DNA from: Podarcis liolepis
Lineage: Eukaryota
DNA: 64,000 bases
Strand: one strand, 5' to 3'
Assembly: GCA_965112155.1 (NCBI GenBank)
Contig: OZ218112.1
A model generated the notes under the pieces. The model did no database searches, was not told the DNA's origin, and saw only the letters and a program-made list of their open reading frames with translations. This document shows, piece by piece, positions 39,086 to 50,814 of this stretch. Each line of letters opens with the position of its first letter. The stretch's first letter is position 1. The position numbers and the translations under genes are program-made.

Positions 39086-39130
39086 CCAGCCTGAAGATGA
39101 CGAGTGAGACCTCGTCGAAACGTCGCCTAG
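39086..39130 (+). ncRNA. Minimal type I hammerhead ribozyme motif in the PLE 3' repeat
   Basis: ccagc CTGAAGA t GACGAG tgagac CTCGTC GAAA CGTC gcctag: CUGANGA core, perfect 6-bp helix II, GAAA, palindromic ACGU in place of helix III, GUC cleavage triplet. Helix I is weak. Confidence 0.7.
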
Positions 39131-39178
39131 ACACCCCAACTTTTACACGGGAAGACACCCGAGGACACCAAAACCTGC

Positions 39179-39204
<26 letters not shown>
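39179..39204. repeat. (TA)n microsatellite, right flank of the PLE
   Basis: Pure AT run abutting the element. Confidence 0.95.
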
Positions 39205-39209
<5 letters not shown>

Positions 39210-41379
39210 ACACCAGTGATACTTAGGATCCTAGTTTGTTGCTGAAATTAGCTGTGTGTTTTTTAATAAAAATATGATTATTGCATTCATTTTGCTTGCT
39301 CTTACTTTTTCTGGCTTATTGCTATCATTTCAAATATCAACCGGCCCCAGGATCATCTGATGAAGAGCTGGTTAAAAACTGACAATAACTAAATAAATGT
39401 AAGCAAATAAATGAATCAACTACAATGGCTTTGTTCTGCCTCCAGTGACAGAGGATGCCTGCCTCCTTGCATATCTGAAGCGTGGAGAGTGCTCTTGCAC
39501 TCAGGCCCTGCTTGTGAACTTATGATAGGCTTCTAGCTTGCCACTGTGAGTACAGGATACTAGACAAGGATGGGCCTTTGGCCTGATCCAGTGGGCCTTG
39601 CGTTATATTTTTGTTTCATTGGGCATCACAGTTGTGGATAGTGATGTTGCACTTGGATTCTGTTTGTGGGCTTCACAGACGAATCCTTTTGGCTGCCATG
39701 AGACAGGATAGTGGACTGGGGGAGGGGGCGGCCTTTGGTCCCAATCCAGCTAAACTCTTCTTACTCTCTTAAATGAATAAATAAAACAGAAGGCTCTATC
39801 ATGACAACAATTTATGTAGGAGCTGCCAGAAGATTTCCCACCCCCACGTGCTGCCTTGTAATATCAGAAAAGATCAAGCGGAGTCCAATATTAGAAAAGA
39901 TAAAGGTTTGTCATGGCAAGAGCCTCCATTGACATCCAAGAAAGAATATTTATGAGGAGAAGAGGAAAGAGATGAAAGATAGTGGCGTTGATGTGGCATG
40001 CTTTTGAAAAATGGGCCAACAGGTAATTAAGCCTTCAAAAGGAGAGAAAGCAACAGTGGCTTGCAAGCTTGCAAGAGATACCAATCTAAATAACGGCACG
40101 ACTTGTTTACCCTCCCTCTGGGACTGCTCAAATCTCCTTAAAGATTAATCCAGAAGAAGAAGAAAACTCACAAACAAAACATTTCCACTTTTTCCTGGAG
40201 AAAACTGCTTGAACATTGTAGTCACATGGGAAGCCTGTTGACTGGCATGTTTGGGCCCCTGGTAAGCTCCCACTTTGTAGATTCAAATGCAGCCCAATTT
40301 GCCTACCCTAGGGATGGGGATTGTCAGGACTGGGAGCTGAATGTGACCCTCTGGAGATTCTATGTGGCCTTTGGTACTCTTGCAGGCAATGCCTTCTCCC
40401 CAGGCTGTGTCCACTGCCAGCCTTGCTCCACACCCTTCTTGAGTGCTTTTTCCTGGCTGGAATGTGTTGAGCTATGAGAATGCCTCTTGCCTGCCTAGAT
40501 GAAGGATGGAGAGATGTTTTGGTGTGCATGCAAACCTCCAAATTTTGTGTGGCTGGAATGCAACCGGCCATAAAAAAGCAAGAGCCACACCCATTGCTCC
40601 ACCCATTTTTACCTCTGGCCCTGCCCACCATTGGTATGTGGCCCCCCAGAAGGTTTCCCAGGAGGGAATGTGACTCTCAGACTGAAAAAAGGTTTCCCCC
40701 ATCCTGGCCTCATCTCTCAGTCTCATTAGTGAGACACCAGATCAAGAGGATTAATGGAAAATGTCATGACATTTACTAATGCTTTGACATACCAATATCA
40801 ATACCACAAGGTAAATGGTGAGAATGACCATCTCTTACACCAGTAAAATTGGAAAATGTCCCATCTTACAGAAACAGATATGTTTTGATTAAATAAAGGC
40901 AATGGTTAGCCAAAAATGAAGAAATGAAATTAGCAACCAAAGAGGAGCAGGAGATCTAAAATGGCCAACAACCCCAAGCAGTTAGTAGACTGAAAATTTA
41001 GAAGAAATGCCAGTCAAGAGAACCAGGCCCACAGTTTCAAATAAAAGTTGAAAATATCTAGGAGCCCAGTTTTGCATCCAGAAATGGAAGTGCATTCATG
41101 TCAGGAGCATATAAATAGGCTGATCCACCCCTATCATTAATTAGAATGGGCATCTTGTGAGGCACCCACCCTCTGATGACTACTCTGTGCACATTTTTCC
41201 AAATAAGTGAACTCCTACTTTTAAGGTATAGATTCAGGAGTAGCCAATGTGGTGACTTCCAGAGGTCGTTGGACAACAACTCTCATTGCCCCCAATGGCC
41301 AGGGATGGGGCAATCTAACAATATCTAGAGGCCACATTAGTTTAGAATAAAAGAGGAGGAGAGAGAGGAAGGGCATGTA

Positions 41380-41621
41380 CAGTGGTACCTCGGGTTAAGT
41401 ACTTAATTCGTTCCGGAGGTCCATTCTTAACCTGAAACTGTTCTTAACCTGAAGCACCACTTTAGCTAATGGGGCCTCCTCCTGCCACCGCGCTGCCGGA
41501 GCCTGATTTCTGTTCTCATCCTGAAGCAAAGTTCTTAACCCAAGGTAATATTTCTGGGTTAGCGGAGTCTGTAACCTGAAGCGTATGTAACCTGAAGCGT
41601 CTGTAACCCGAGGTACCACTG
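41380..41621. mobile_element. Tigger-like MITE
   Basis: TA|CAGTGGTACCTCGGGTTA ... TAACCCGAGGTACCACTG|TA. Confidence 0.9.
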
Positions 41622-41699
41622 TATTTAAGTAGGCATGGTGTGAAGATAGCAGACTGGGAGGGAGGGGGTTTCCTCCCCCTCTCACAGTGCTAGAACACA

Positions 41700-42048
41700 G
41701 GGAAATCCAACGTTAGAAGATTCAGAACAGATCAAAGGAAAAACATATCCACAAAGCAGATAATTAAGCCTTTGGAATTTGCTCCAACAAGATGCAGCGA
41801 TGGCCACCATCTTGGATGGCTTCAAGAGAGGGTTAGAGAAGTTCATGGAGGATAATGCAATGTTCTTCCTCCACTCTCAGAGCCTCTAAATACCAGTTGC
41901 ACACTAGTACGTACAACTGGGGAGAGTGCTGTTGCACTCACATTCTGCTAGAGGGCTTCTGATTAAGTCAGTTGGCCACTGTGATAACAGAATGCTGGAC
42001 TAGAATGGCCTTTCGGCTGATCCAGCAGGGCTCTTCTCACATTCTTAG
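41700..42048 (+). mobile_element. Old CR1-like 3' fragment with long 3'UTR (similar pieces near 14320-14495, 20350-20520, 34720-34970, 35935-36120, 39420-39770)
   Basis: tggaatttgctccaacaagatgcagcgatggccaccatcttggatggcttcaagagagggttag...ggccactgtgataacagaatgctggactagaatggcc...gatccagcagggctcttc recurs across the window. Confidence 0.6.
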
Positions 42049-42779
42049 AGAGCATTTTCTTCTGGCTTCTTAACACACCAAGGGAAGTCAGCACAGAAAT
42101 ATTAGTTTTGAAGCTCCGACAGCAGGCTCAGAGCTGATATCTATTTGTGGCAAATCCGTTAACCAGCTTCCCAGCAACAGCTGTGTTCGCAGACCATAGT
42201 CTTCCTCTGCCTAAATCACCATCATGCTCATTTGCACATTTCATTTCTACCCAAAAAATAAAAATCAATAATTTCAGAGGACCATGATTGTCAGAAATGT
42301 CACAGTTTCAAAAGCAAAAAATTAAACCCAACAGAAAGCTGGAATTTGTTATTTAAATCGGAAGCCACAGAAAAACTTAATTTCAAGGCAAACAAGATTA
42401 AACGAGAAGCAGAATGTGCACACATGCCAACAAGGAGGGGAGGGGGAGATATATATTAACAGGACAGAATTTGCAAATACAAAAATATGTTTTCCTCACT
42501 TAATTGAGCAAATTGGCATTATTAAATTAATGCTTTCTCGAGCTGAACGCTGTGGATATTTTTCCACCACCGCTACTCCCTGCCAATGTGTATTTACAAA
42601 ATTAAGAGAGAGGATAAACTTTCCAGATCTGCTTCCATGCTGCAGAAAAGTCAACATCTGTCAACAGTAATGGCTTTGGAAGGACGACTCGCAGCCAACT
42701 CCTGCAAATGCGTAACCCCGAGTTAAGTCCTTCTGTGTTTAATGGTGTTTCAGCTAAATGTGGATAATATTGCAGCCCT

Positions 42780-43210
42780 AGCAGCACCAATGTGACCTCT
42801 CCAGGTTGCAAGCCCGGGCAGTGTGTTTGGTGAACGTTCCTGAGCTGCCCATCTTGGTCTCACTAATGTGGTCCAAAGGAAAGCAGGGCAATACATTTGG
42901 CATCAGCTTGGCTGCAGGAGTGGCTGGAAGGAGGCATACAAGACACTACCCAACTGCCTTAGAGACTCCTCTCCAGATTTGTGTAGGGTTTACTCCTTAG
43001 CCCTTCTTCTCCTGAAGATATCCCACAAGCCAGCAGAGGTTTAGGATCAGAGTTTTCCTTCTCCCTGATGAGCTAACTTCCCAGGTGGACAAGCCCCATC
43101 TGCCCTCACATGCAGCACATGCAGAAACCACCTTCTTGGCTGTTGGACCCACTACTGGTGTTGCCCATTCAATCCGCCAAAGCCTGTCTTCACATGCAGA
43201 GGGAAATCCA
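42780..43210 (-). mobile_element. Second copy of the 33952-34480 repeat
   Basis: Reverse-complement similarity over ~430 bp. Confidence 0.55.
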
Positions 43211-44402
43211 AAGGGTCTACTATTGGTATGCAAATGTTCATATGGCTGTAATGTGGGCCATGGCTCAGTGGCACAGCATCTGTTTTGTATGCAGAAGATT
43301 CCACATTTAATCCCCAGCATCTCCAGGTAGAGCTAAGAGAGACTTCAGTCGCAAACCTTGGAGAGCTTGTGCCAGTCAATTCTGTGTCTTGTGACACCAC
43401 TGTCATAAGAAAAAAATTACATGAGAAATTGGGGGGGGGGGAAATACCTGACCACTGGGGAAAAAGAAAATCCCACAGAAATTGAAGCAGCTGATCAACA
43501 GAGCCAGTTCTACTGAACATTTTGCCATATGACCTGTTTCCCGGGTTTGAAGATGCTCATCTCCACCATTTCAGACCCTCCCAATAGGTGCTGTTGATGC
43601 CTATTGATTATATTGGACAAAGACATCCTAATGTGGAGAGATCTTCTCATTATCAGTTTAATTTGGAGACAATTAACTTTGCTTTTCTGATTGATATCTG
43701 GCTGTTCTTGTTATTTGTATTTAAGTTTTCTTTTAATGTCAGCTATTAATTGTACAATTAAAAGTAATAAATAGTACTCAAAGGGTCAAAACTAATATAG
43801 CAATTTCTTCCAGGTCTCAAATGAAGCAATTGAAATGAATGTTGCAGACTGGCTTGTTTATTCAGAGTGCAGCATTAGGTTGTTTTTTGTTTTTTGTTTT
43901 TTGTTTTTTTGACACATAATTCAGAGTTTCCTTTATGGAGGATTTGGATGTGTTGGGCAGTGGGGAGTGAAGATCCTTGCACCCCTCTCCCAAGCACCTA
44001 TGAGATATCTCTCTCACACTGCTCCATTATGCATTGCAGAGAAAATTCTTATCCATGAAGGATTTCAAAGCCATGTGCAGCTCAGATGAATTTGCAAATG
44101 CATGTGTAATGAAAACAATGAACCTAGTGGGGTTGTCCGAATGTGGTGGTTCAAACTCCTGGTTGCCTAACTTTCTTGGATAAGGATCCCCAAACTGTGA
44201 TCCTTGGTCCACCAGTGCTCTGCAAACTTCATTCAGGTGGTCCATGGCATCTGTGGATTTGTGGCTGAAGAAGAGAGATGGTGATCACGTTAAATGTCAA
44301 CACTGGTTTCTGACTGCATTTTTATTGCTTCTTATATTGTATTTTATTATATTACAATTTCAATTCTATGGAATTCAAACTGTAATGAAATAATACAATA
44401 TA

Positions 44403-44763
44403 CAGGCATACCACAGAGATACTGCTGGTTCAGTTCCAGACCACTGCAATAAAGCAAATATTCCAATAAAGTGAGCCACACTTTTTGTTTGTTTCTTTGT
44501 TTTCCAGTGCATATAAAAGTTATATTTATACTATATTGCAGTCCGTTAAGCCATGGCCCTTGGCTTCAGGGGCAGGAGGCAAAAAACCTGGCTCTAGCCA
44601 TAGCCAGCTCCACTCCCTTGGCCAGAAGAGGGGCAGTGGTGGAGGGAGTGGGCTTCCTTTCCCTGGAAACGGCCAGGCTGCCTGCAGCTGCACCCATGTC
44701 CCCATTAGGAGAAATATCTGCAAAGTGCAAGAAGGCAAAACATAATAATGTGAGGTGTGCCTG
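44403..44763 (-). mobile_element. Tigger1-derived non-autonomous element
   Basis: TA|CAGGCATACC...GAGGTGTGCCTG termini. The left ~150 bp resembles my recollection of the reverse-complemented 3' end of mammalian Tigger1, and the right ~55 bp its 5' end. Confidence 0.7.
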
Positions 44764-45117
44764 AACACATATTGTTGCATGCAATTTGGCTAATGTAAAC
44801 ATTTGCACAAAGCAAGTCCCCAAATACATTGCATTTTGTGTGTGCTACTTTCATTAATATATGCATTTGCATGTACAATTTGAACGTAGTATGTGCATTT
44901 TTGTACACACAACTTGACTGGAGAACTGCATTGCAAAATTCAGAGAAGTGCGACTCTTAAAGGATGACCATGTTTTGGGTTGCATATTGTAAATGAGAGG
45001 CATTCACTTTTAATGTGAACTGAATCTTTCTCTCATTCCTATAAGGTACTTGGTCGGGAAGCAAAACACACAGATCTGGGATAACCTTTGCTCCCACAGT
45101 CCACGAAAGGCCTAGAT

Positions 45118-45486
45118 CCAGGGTGGAGAACCTCTGGTCCAGGACCAAATGTGGCTCCCCATAGCTCCCTATCTGGCTGCCAGGTCTGTTCTCAGTTCCC
45201 ATCTCTCACTGCCCCTCCTCTATGCCTTGCTTTGGCTTGGCTGGAAGTGCCCTTGGCTGGTGACCATGCCTCTTGCTTGCCTAGATGGAGAAACGGGTGT
45301 GCAGAATCCTCTGGCTTTCACCTGGCTGGAACGTAGCCTAGGGAGTGACTGTCGTATTGGATGCTCTGCCCATTATTTTTACCGTCAGCCCCTTACCCAA
45401 TTTTACTTCCAGCTCCATCTACTACAGACATGCAGGCCCCACTCCCCAAAAAGGCTGTTCAGGGTTTAAAAAGGTGCCTGACCCTG
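45118..45486. mobile_element. hAT-Charlie-like MITE
   Basis: cagggtggagaacc ... ggtgcctgaccctg flanked by gcctagat / gcctagct (NTCTAGAN-like target; register uncertain by 1 nt). Confidence 0.6.
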
Positions 45487-46443
45487 GCCTAGCTTTCCCC
45501 CACAGTTCCCCCACAGTGAACCACAGGAATTTGTTCTTATTTAATCTTATAGAAGAGAGAACGGATGAATTCTAAGGATGCCCATCTGACCCAGTGTTAG
45601 AGAGATTTCTGGTGGGGCAGAACATGACTGGGCATGTGGCAACCCTCACCTCTACCGATGTGCCACTTCTTGCATTATTCAATTCAAATCAGATCCATTT
45701 TTTGAGGCCATTTGGAGCTGCTTTAGCAAGGCAGGGGCAGAACGAGGTTTGCTCTCTCTCGTACGTTAGATCTTCCTTTCCTTTGTGCTAGCACCGAGTT
45801 TTTTGGAGGGAGGGATTTTTTCTTATCTTTTTTGAACCATCTCAAAAGCTGCAAGCATCAGCCTCGCAATGACAAAAGGAGTGTGTGGGCGTGCAGTTGA
45901 TCAATTCTAGACTGTCACTGGCTTTTCATTTACTACTCTGAATGTGATTTGGGGGTGGGGAGGTTTGTTGTTTTAAAATGAAATGAAATGCACAGAAGTC
46001 GCATGAAATTCTCAAAAACAGAAAATGCCAAAGGAAGAGGAAAGACATGAGGGGAAGGAAACACCACCGAATGTATTAAAAGCACCCAAGAGCCAGTGCA
46101 GTTCACTGGGTGGCCTTGGGACAGTCACTGTCTCCTGGCCTAACCCACTTCACAGGGTTATTGTGAGGATAAAATGGGGGAGTGGCGGGAGGAACCACAT
46201 ATGCCATCTTTAGCTTCTTGAAGGAAAGGTGGGATGCAAATGTAATCATGAAGGAAGGCGCATGGTGAGAGGGGAGATTTGATTAGGTTGAATTTCACAC
46301 ATTGAGCAGAAGTGGCCAGTTGGTTCTTTAGCTACATACTTCTGGTCAGCTTTGTAATGGGAATGTTAGCCTTACATGGGCTCAGGTGCTCCTTTGCATA
46401 AAAAATGTTCCTCCCCACTTTGCTTTGCCTGTGGCCCTGCAGG

Positions 46444-46521
46444 CAGGTTCCCTGCATTGCAGGGGGTTGGGCTAGATGACCCTCGTGGTCCCTTCCATCT
46501 CTACAATTCTATGATTCTATG
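46444..46521 (+). mobile_element. Short CR1-type 3' end
   Basis: cctgcattgcagggggttgggctagatgaccctcgtggtcccttcc...attctatgattctatg: CR1 terminal hairpin plus octamer tail. Confidence 0.8.
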
Positions 46522-47021
46522 GTAACCAGCACAAGAGAAGCTCAGAAAGAGCCAATGAACCATAGCTCAGTGGTTGGACACCTCCTTTCGATGCCCCAGG
46601 CTTAATCTCCAATGGCACCTTTAGGTAGGTGAGGGAAAGTTCCCACAGAGCTACCGCCAGTCACTGCAGACAGTATTGAGTTGGATAAACCAGTACAAGA
46701 CAGGAAATGTTCACTGTCCAAACCACTGCCAAAGTCACGGGTTTGCATCTGGAAGAAAGCAACAGAAATGGAACTTGTGCAGACTTTGTTTGCAGTGCCA
46801 ACTCTGCAATGACCTATTGCAGAATGAATCCAGAGGATTTTTAAAAAAGAAAGAAAAGAAAAACCAGGGTAAAACCCTCCCTACTTAGAGGGAGATAATT
46901 GGCTTCATATAGAAACATCCCTTCGAGAAGCGGATTCCTGGCTGGAACAATTGAAACATTGCTCTTCTGCCTGTACTGCACAAGCACAAGGTAAAACGGC
47001 AGCTGGGATTTTTCTCCCCTT

Positions 47022-47818
47022 CATAGAATCATAGAATCATAGAATCATAGAGTTGGAAGAGACCACAAGGGCCATCGAGTCCAACCCCCTGCCAAGCAGG
47101 AAACACCATCAGAGCACTCCTGACATATGGTTGTCAAGCCTCTGCTTAAAGACCTCCAAAGTAGGGGACTCCACCACACTCCTTGGCAGCAAATTCCACT
47201 GTCGAACAGCTCTTACTGTCAGGAAGTTCTTCCTAATGTTTAGGTGGAATCTTCTTTCTTGTAGTTTGGATCCATTGCTCCGTGTCCGCTTCTCTGGAGC
47301 AGCAGAAAACAACCTTTCTCCCTCCTCTATGTGACATCCTTTGATATATTTGAACATGGCTATCATATCACCCCTTAACCTCCTCTTCTCCAGGCTAAAC
47401 ATGCCCAGCTCCCTTAGCCGTTCCTCATAAGGCATCGTTTCCAGGCCTTTGACCATTTTGGTTGCCCTCCTCTGGACACGTTCCAGTTTGTCAGTGTCCT
47501 TCTTGAATTGTGGTGCCCAGAACTGGACACAGTACTCCAGGTGTGGTCTGACCAGAGCAGAATACAGTGGCACGATTACTTCCCTTGATCTAGATGCTAT
47601 ACTCCTATTGATGCAGCCCAGAATTGCATTGGCTTTTTTAGCTGCCGCGTCACACTGTTGGCTCATGTCAAGTTTGTGGTCAACCAAGACTCCTAGATCC
47701 TTTTCACATGTACTGCTCTCAAGCCAGGTGTCACCCATCTTGTATTTGTGCCTCTCATTTTTTTTGCCCAAGTGCAATACTTTACATTTCTCCCTGTTAA
47801 AATTCATCTTGTTTGTTT
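47022..47818 (-). mobile_element. CR1 LINE, 5'-truncated, intact ORF2 C-terminus
   Basis: KCKVLHLG...EKDLGVLVD...LYSALVRPHLEYCVQFWAP...LERVQRRATK...SLEKRRLRGD...WNLLPRSVV is typical CR1 ORF2. The 3' tail is (ATTCTATG)n (plus-strand catagaat repeats at 47022-47051). Confidence 0.95.
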
Positions 47819-47965
47819 GAGACCCCTTGAGTCTCTTGAAATGCAACTCTCCCTCCAAGGAAAGAAGGGAGATTCCTGCCAATCCTCTAATATCACACTC
47901 AGGAAGGGCCCCTCCTGAGGTCCTCTTTATTGTGCATTCATAAAGATTTGTGCTCATGATATTAT

Positions 47966-48181
47966 AAAGGTAAAGGTAAAGGGACCCCTGACCATTAGGT
48001 CCAGTCGTGACCAACTCTGGGGTTGCGGCGCTCATCTCGCTTTATTGGCTGAGGGAGCCGGCGTACAGCTTCCAGGTCATGTGGCCAGCATGACTAAGCC
48101 GCTTCTGGCGAACCAGAGCAGCGCACGGAAACGCCGTTTACCTTCCCGCCAGAGCGGTACCTATTGATCTACTTGCACTTT
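47966..48181 (-). mobile_element. Sauria SINE, 5'-truncated
   Basis: aaaggtaaaggtaaagggacccctgacc... is the reverse complement of the 3' half of the 63561 copy; CpGs are retained, so it is young. Confidence 0.9.
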
Positions 48182-50814
48182 AGGGCTGGTCAAACACAGC
48201 CCCTCTTTCTATACTGTCTGTGCCTGGACAAACTGCTTCATTTCCAATCATTGCATATCCTTTAACTTCCTGCTGAAACCCCTTAACTTTTCACACGACA
48301 AACATTCTGGGGGTTGTTTGACTGATTTTGTTGTGATATGGCCCCTCCAGACACCAGAACTAATAAAGTGGAATGATCTGCAGACAGTATAAATCTACAG
48401 CTAATGCACTATTGTTAGCACCTTCCGCACCTTTAAAGCAGTATCATGCCACTTTAACCAGTTGCAGCTTCCCCCCAAAGATTCCTGGGAGCTGTAGTTT
48501 GTTAAGGGTGCTGCAAGTTGTTAGAAGACTCTTATTACCCTCACAGCACTACAGTTCTCAGAGTAGTTTGATTTCCAATTCCTTTCCCAAGGGAATTTTG
48601 AGAATTGTGACTTTGTGAGGATCTCCTAACAACTCTCAACACTCTTAACATAATTATTTGGGGGAAGTCATGACTGGTTAAAGTGGCACCATGCTGTTTT
48701 AAATGCATAGTACACCTGGGGCCTTTGAGAAAAATTCTGCTTGCCATTTTACTCCCCTAGTCCTGATCGTGCTATGATTTAAGCTAAGGTGCAAAACTGC
48801 ACAGGCTCAAATTATTTCCTTTGAAGAAACAATTCAGGGGTGGCAACATTTTTCTTTCTTTCCTTTCTGTCTGTGCTTTGCACAAGTCTATCAGGAATGA
48901 AGCAGAAATGATAAAGCAATGGATGGCACAGGGTGGGGTGGAGCAGGAAGGAAGGAAGAAGAGAAATTGGAATAGTGAGGGTTGCGAGTGAAATCACAGT
49001 TGCACATAGCTGTCTAAAAGCCAGCTCCATGAGGCCATTAAGTCCAAGGCCAAAGACAGCCACTCCATTGAACCAAAGCTCTGCCACTTCAGCCCACCTG
49101 TAATGTGCAAAAGTAGCTCACAGAGACTGTGTAATGTAGAAGAGCCACACTTCCATGGCAGAGCAAATGCTTTGTGTGCAGAAGGACACAACCTTAGCAC
49201 TTGGCATCTCCAGGGAGGAATGCCTTCAGTCCTGGAGAACCGCTGGCAGTCAGTGCAGAGAATATGGATCAGTGGTCTGACTCAGTGTAAGCCAGTAGCT
49301 TCCTCTGTTCCCTCTTAAGGAATAACGATGAGGACTAGACTCCTAACTTCTTTTTGAGAGCAAGAGCTGCAGCCACATGGTGGAGCACACGTGTTGCATG
49401 TGGAAGGTTCCAGGTTCAGTTCAGGCACCTTCAGGCAGAGTTGAAAGCAAAACTCTGGGGAGTTGCTGCCAGTCAGCATAGGCAATATTGAGCTAGATGC
49501 ACCAATGGTCTGACTCAGTATAAGGTGGCTTCTGATGCTCCTACAATCATTGAGTCAGTTGCACTTGAGCTGCTTCTCTCTGCCGGGGAGCTCTCTCTGT
49601 CCCCCCCCCTTTTCTTTTTTGCGATTCTACCAGCAGCATCTTTTTTTGGCTGCAATTTGCAGATGTGAGAAATCTCTAGAAAGATCTATCTGTCAAACAC
49701 AAGCCTTGGCAGCCCACACATTCATCACACTCCACAGCCTTAATTCCACCCCATTCCCGATTACGGATCAGCAGGCTCCATAACCAGCCACCGCGCCACT
49801 GCTTTCACTTGAGCTGCAGAAGGCTCCTTGCTGGAGGAGCCCGGCATGCTAATTGCTATGCGCTGGGGCACGGGCGAACCTGAGCAAACTGTCAGAATGG
49901 AATGAGAAAAATAAACTTCCAATTAGCAAGTGGGGGAGGGGGGAGAGAAGCCATTTCCTTAAAAAAAAAAAAAAACCAACCACCAACCTCCTAAGTCCAA
50001 GATCATTTATTCATCAGGCCCCTTTCCTTTAAAAAAGGCAAATGATAAGGTCACTGCATAAAGCAATCCTTTTCAAAGGTGTACAGTTAAGCAGATTCTA
50101 ACTCTCCAAGAATTTAAGAAGAACCCCACGCCCATCTACTGCAGTGTCCTGTTTTCAATAGTGGCTAGCTAGATGCCTCTGGTGTCCCCATGAAGGCAAC
50201 ACCTTGTCCTGCTCCCCGCCGCCCCCCCCAAGATCTAGTAGTCAGAGATAGGCTGCTATGGCACATGGAGGTTCCATTTGTCTGCAACCGCTAACATCCA
50301 CTGATTTATTGCATTTTCATCCCATCCTTTCTCCTAAGGAGCATAAGATGGCATCCACTGCTCATCTTAACCCTTTCCCATTTTATCCTCACAACAAGAG
50401 CCCATTGAAGTAGGTGAGGTCTTTGTGGGTGAGTGGATCTTGTCACTCCCAGTCCAGTACTGTACCCAGGGGAACCCCTGACTCACTGGGTACTGCTGAG
50501 CCACCATTTCCATCAACCCTTACCATTGGTCATGCTGGCTAGGGATGCTGGGAGTTGTAGTCCAACAATATCAGGCGGAACAAAGGTTTTCAACCTTCCC
50601 TGCCTTAGAATATTCTTCCTCCCCTACAGCCTATGAAAAGAAGCTCTAGAGAAGAGCAGATGGGAAGTCCTGGGCTGAACATAGCTGATGCTGCACAGAA
50701 AGTCAATCAGTAGCTATATGCACCAGAAACCTCTGGAAATATCTTCTCCCAGCAGATTCAGTGAAGCCCAAGCATCTCCCTAGGTAACACCAGGGAGGTG
50801 ATTAAATCTTTTGC

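Larger units (their letters stand above)
36308..39180 (+). mobile_element. Penelope-like retroelement (Penelope/Poseidon type), 5'-truncated, with inverted 3' duplication
   Basis: RT motifs (LVSFDVVSLFT, GAPMGSPLSP, LRYVDDTF) followed by a GIY-YIG endonuclease (GVYEIPCKVC...YIGQTNR...EH...QH...E). 36336-37296 is the reverse complement of 38220-39180. Flanked by (TA)n on both sides. Confidence 0.95.
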
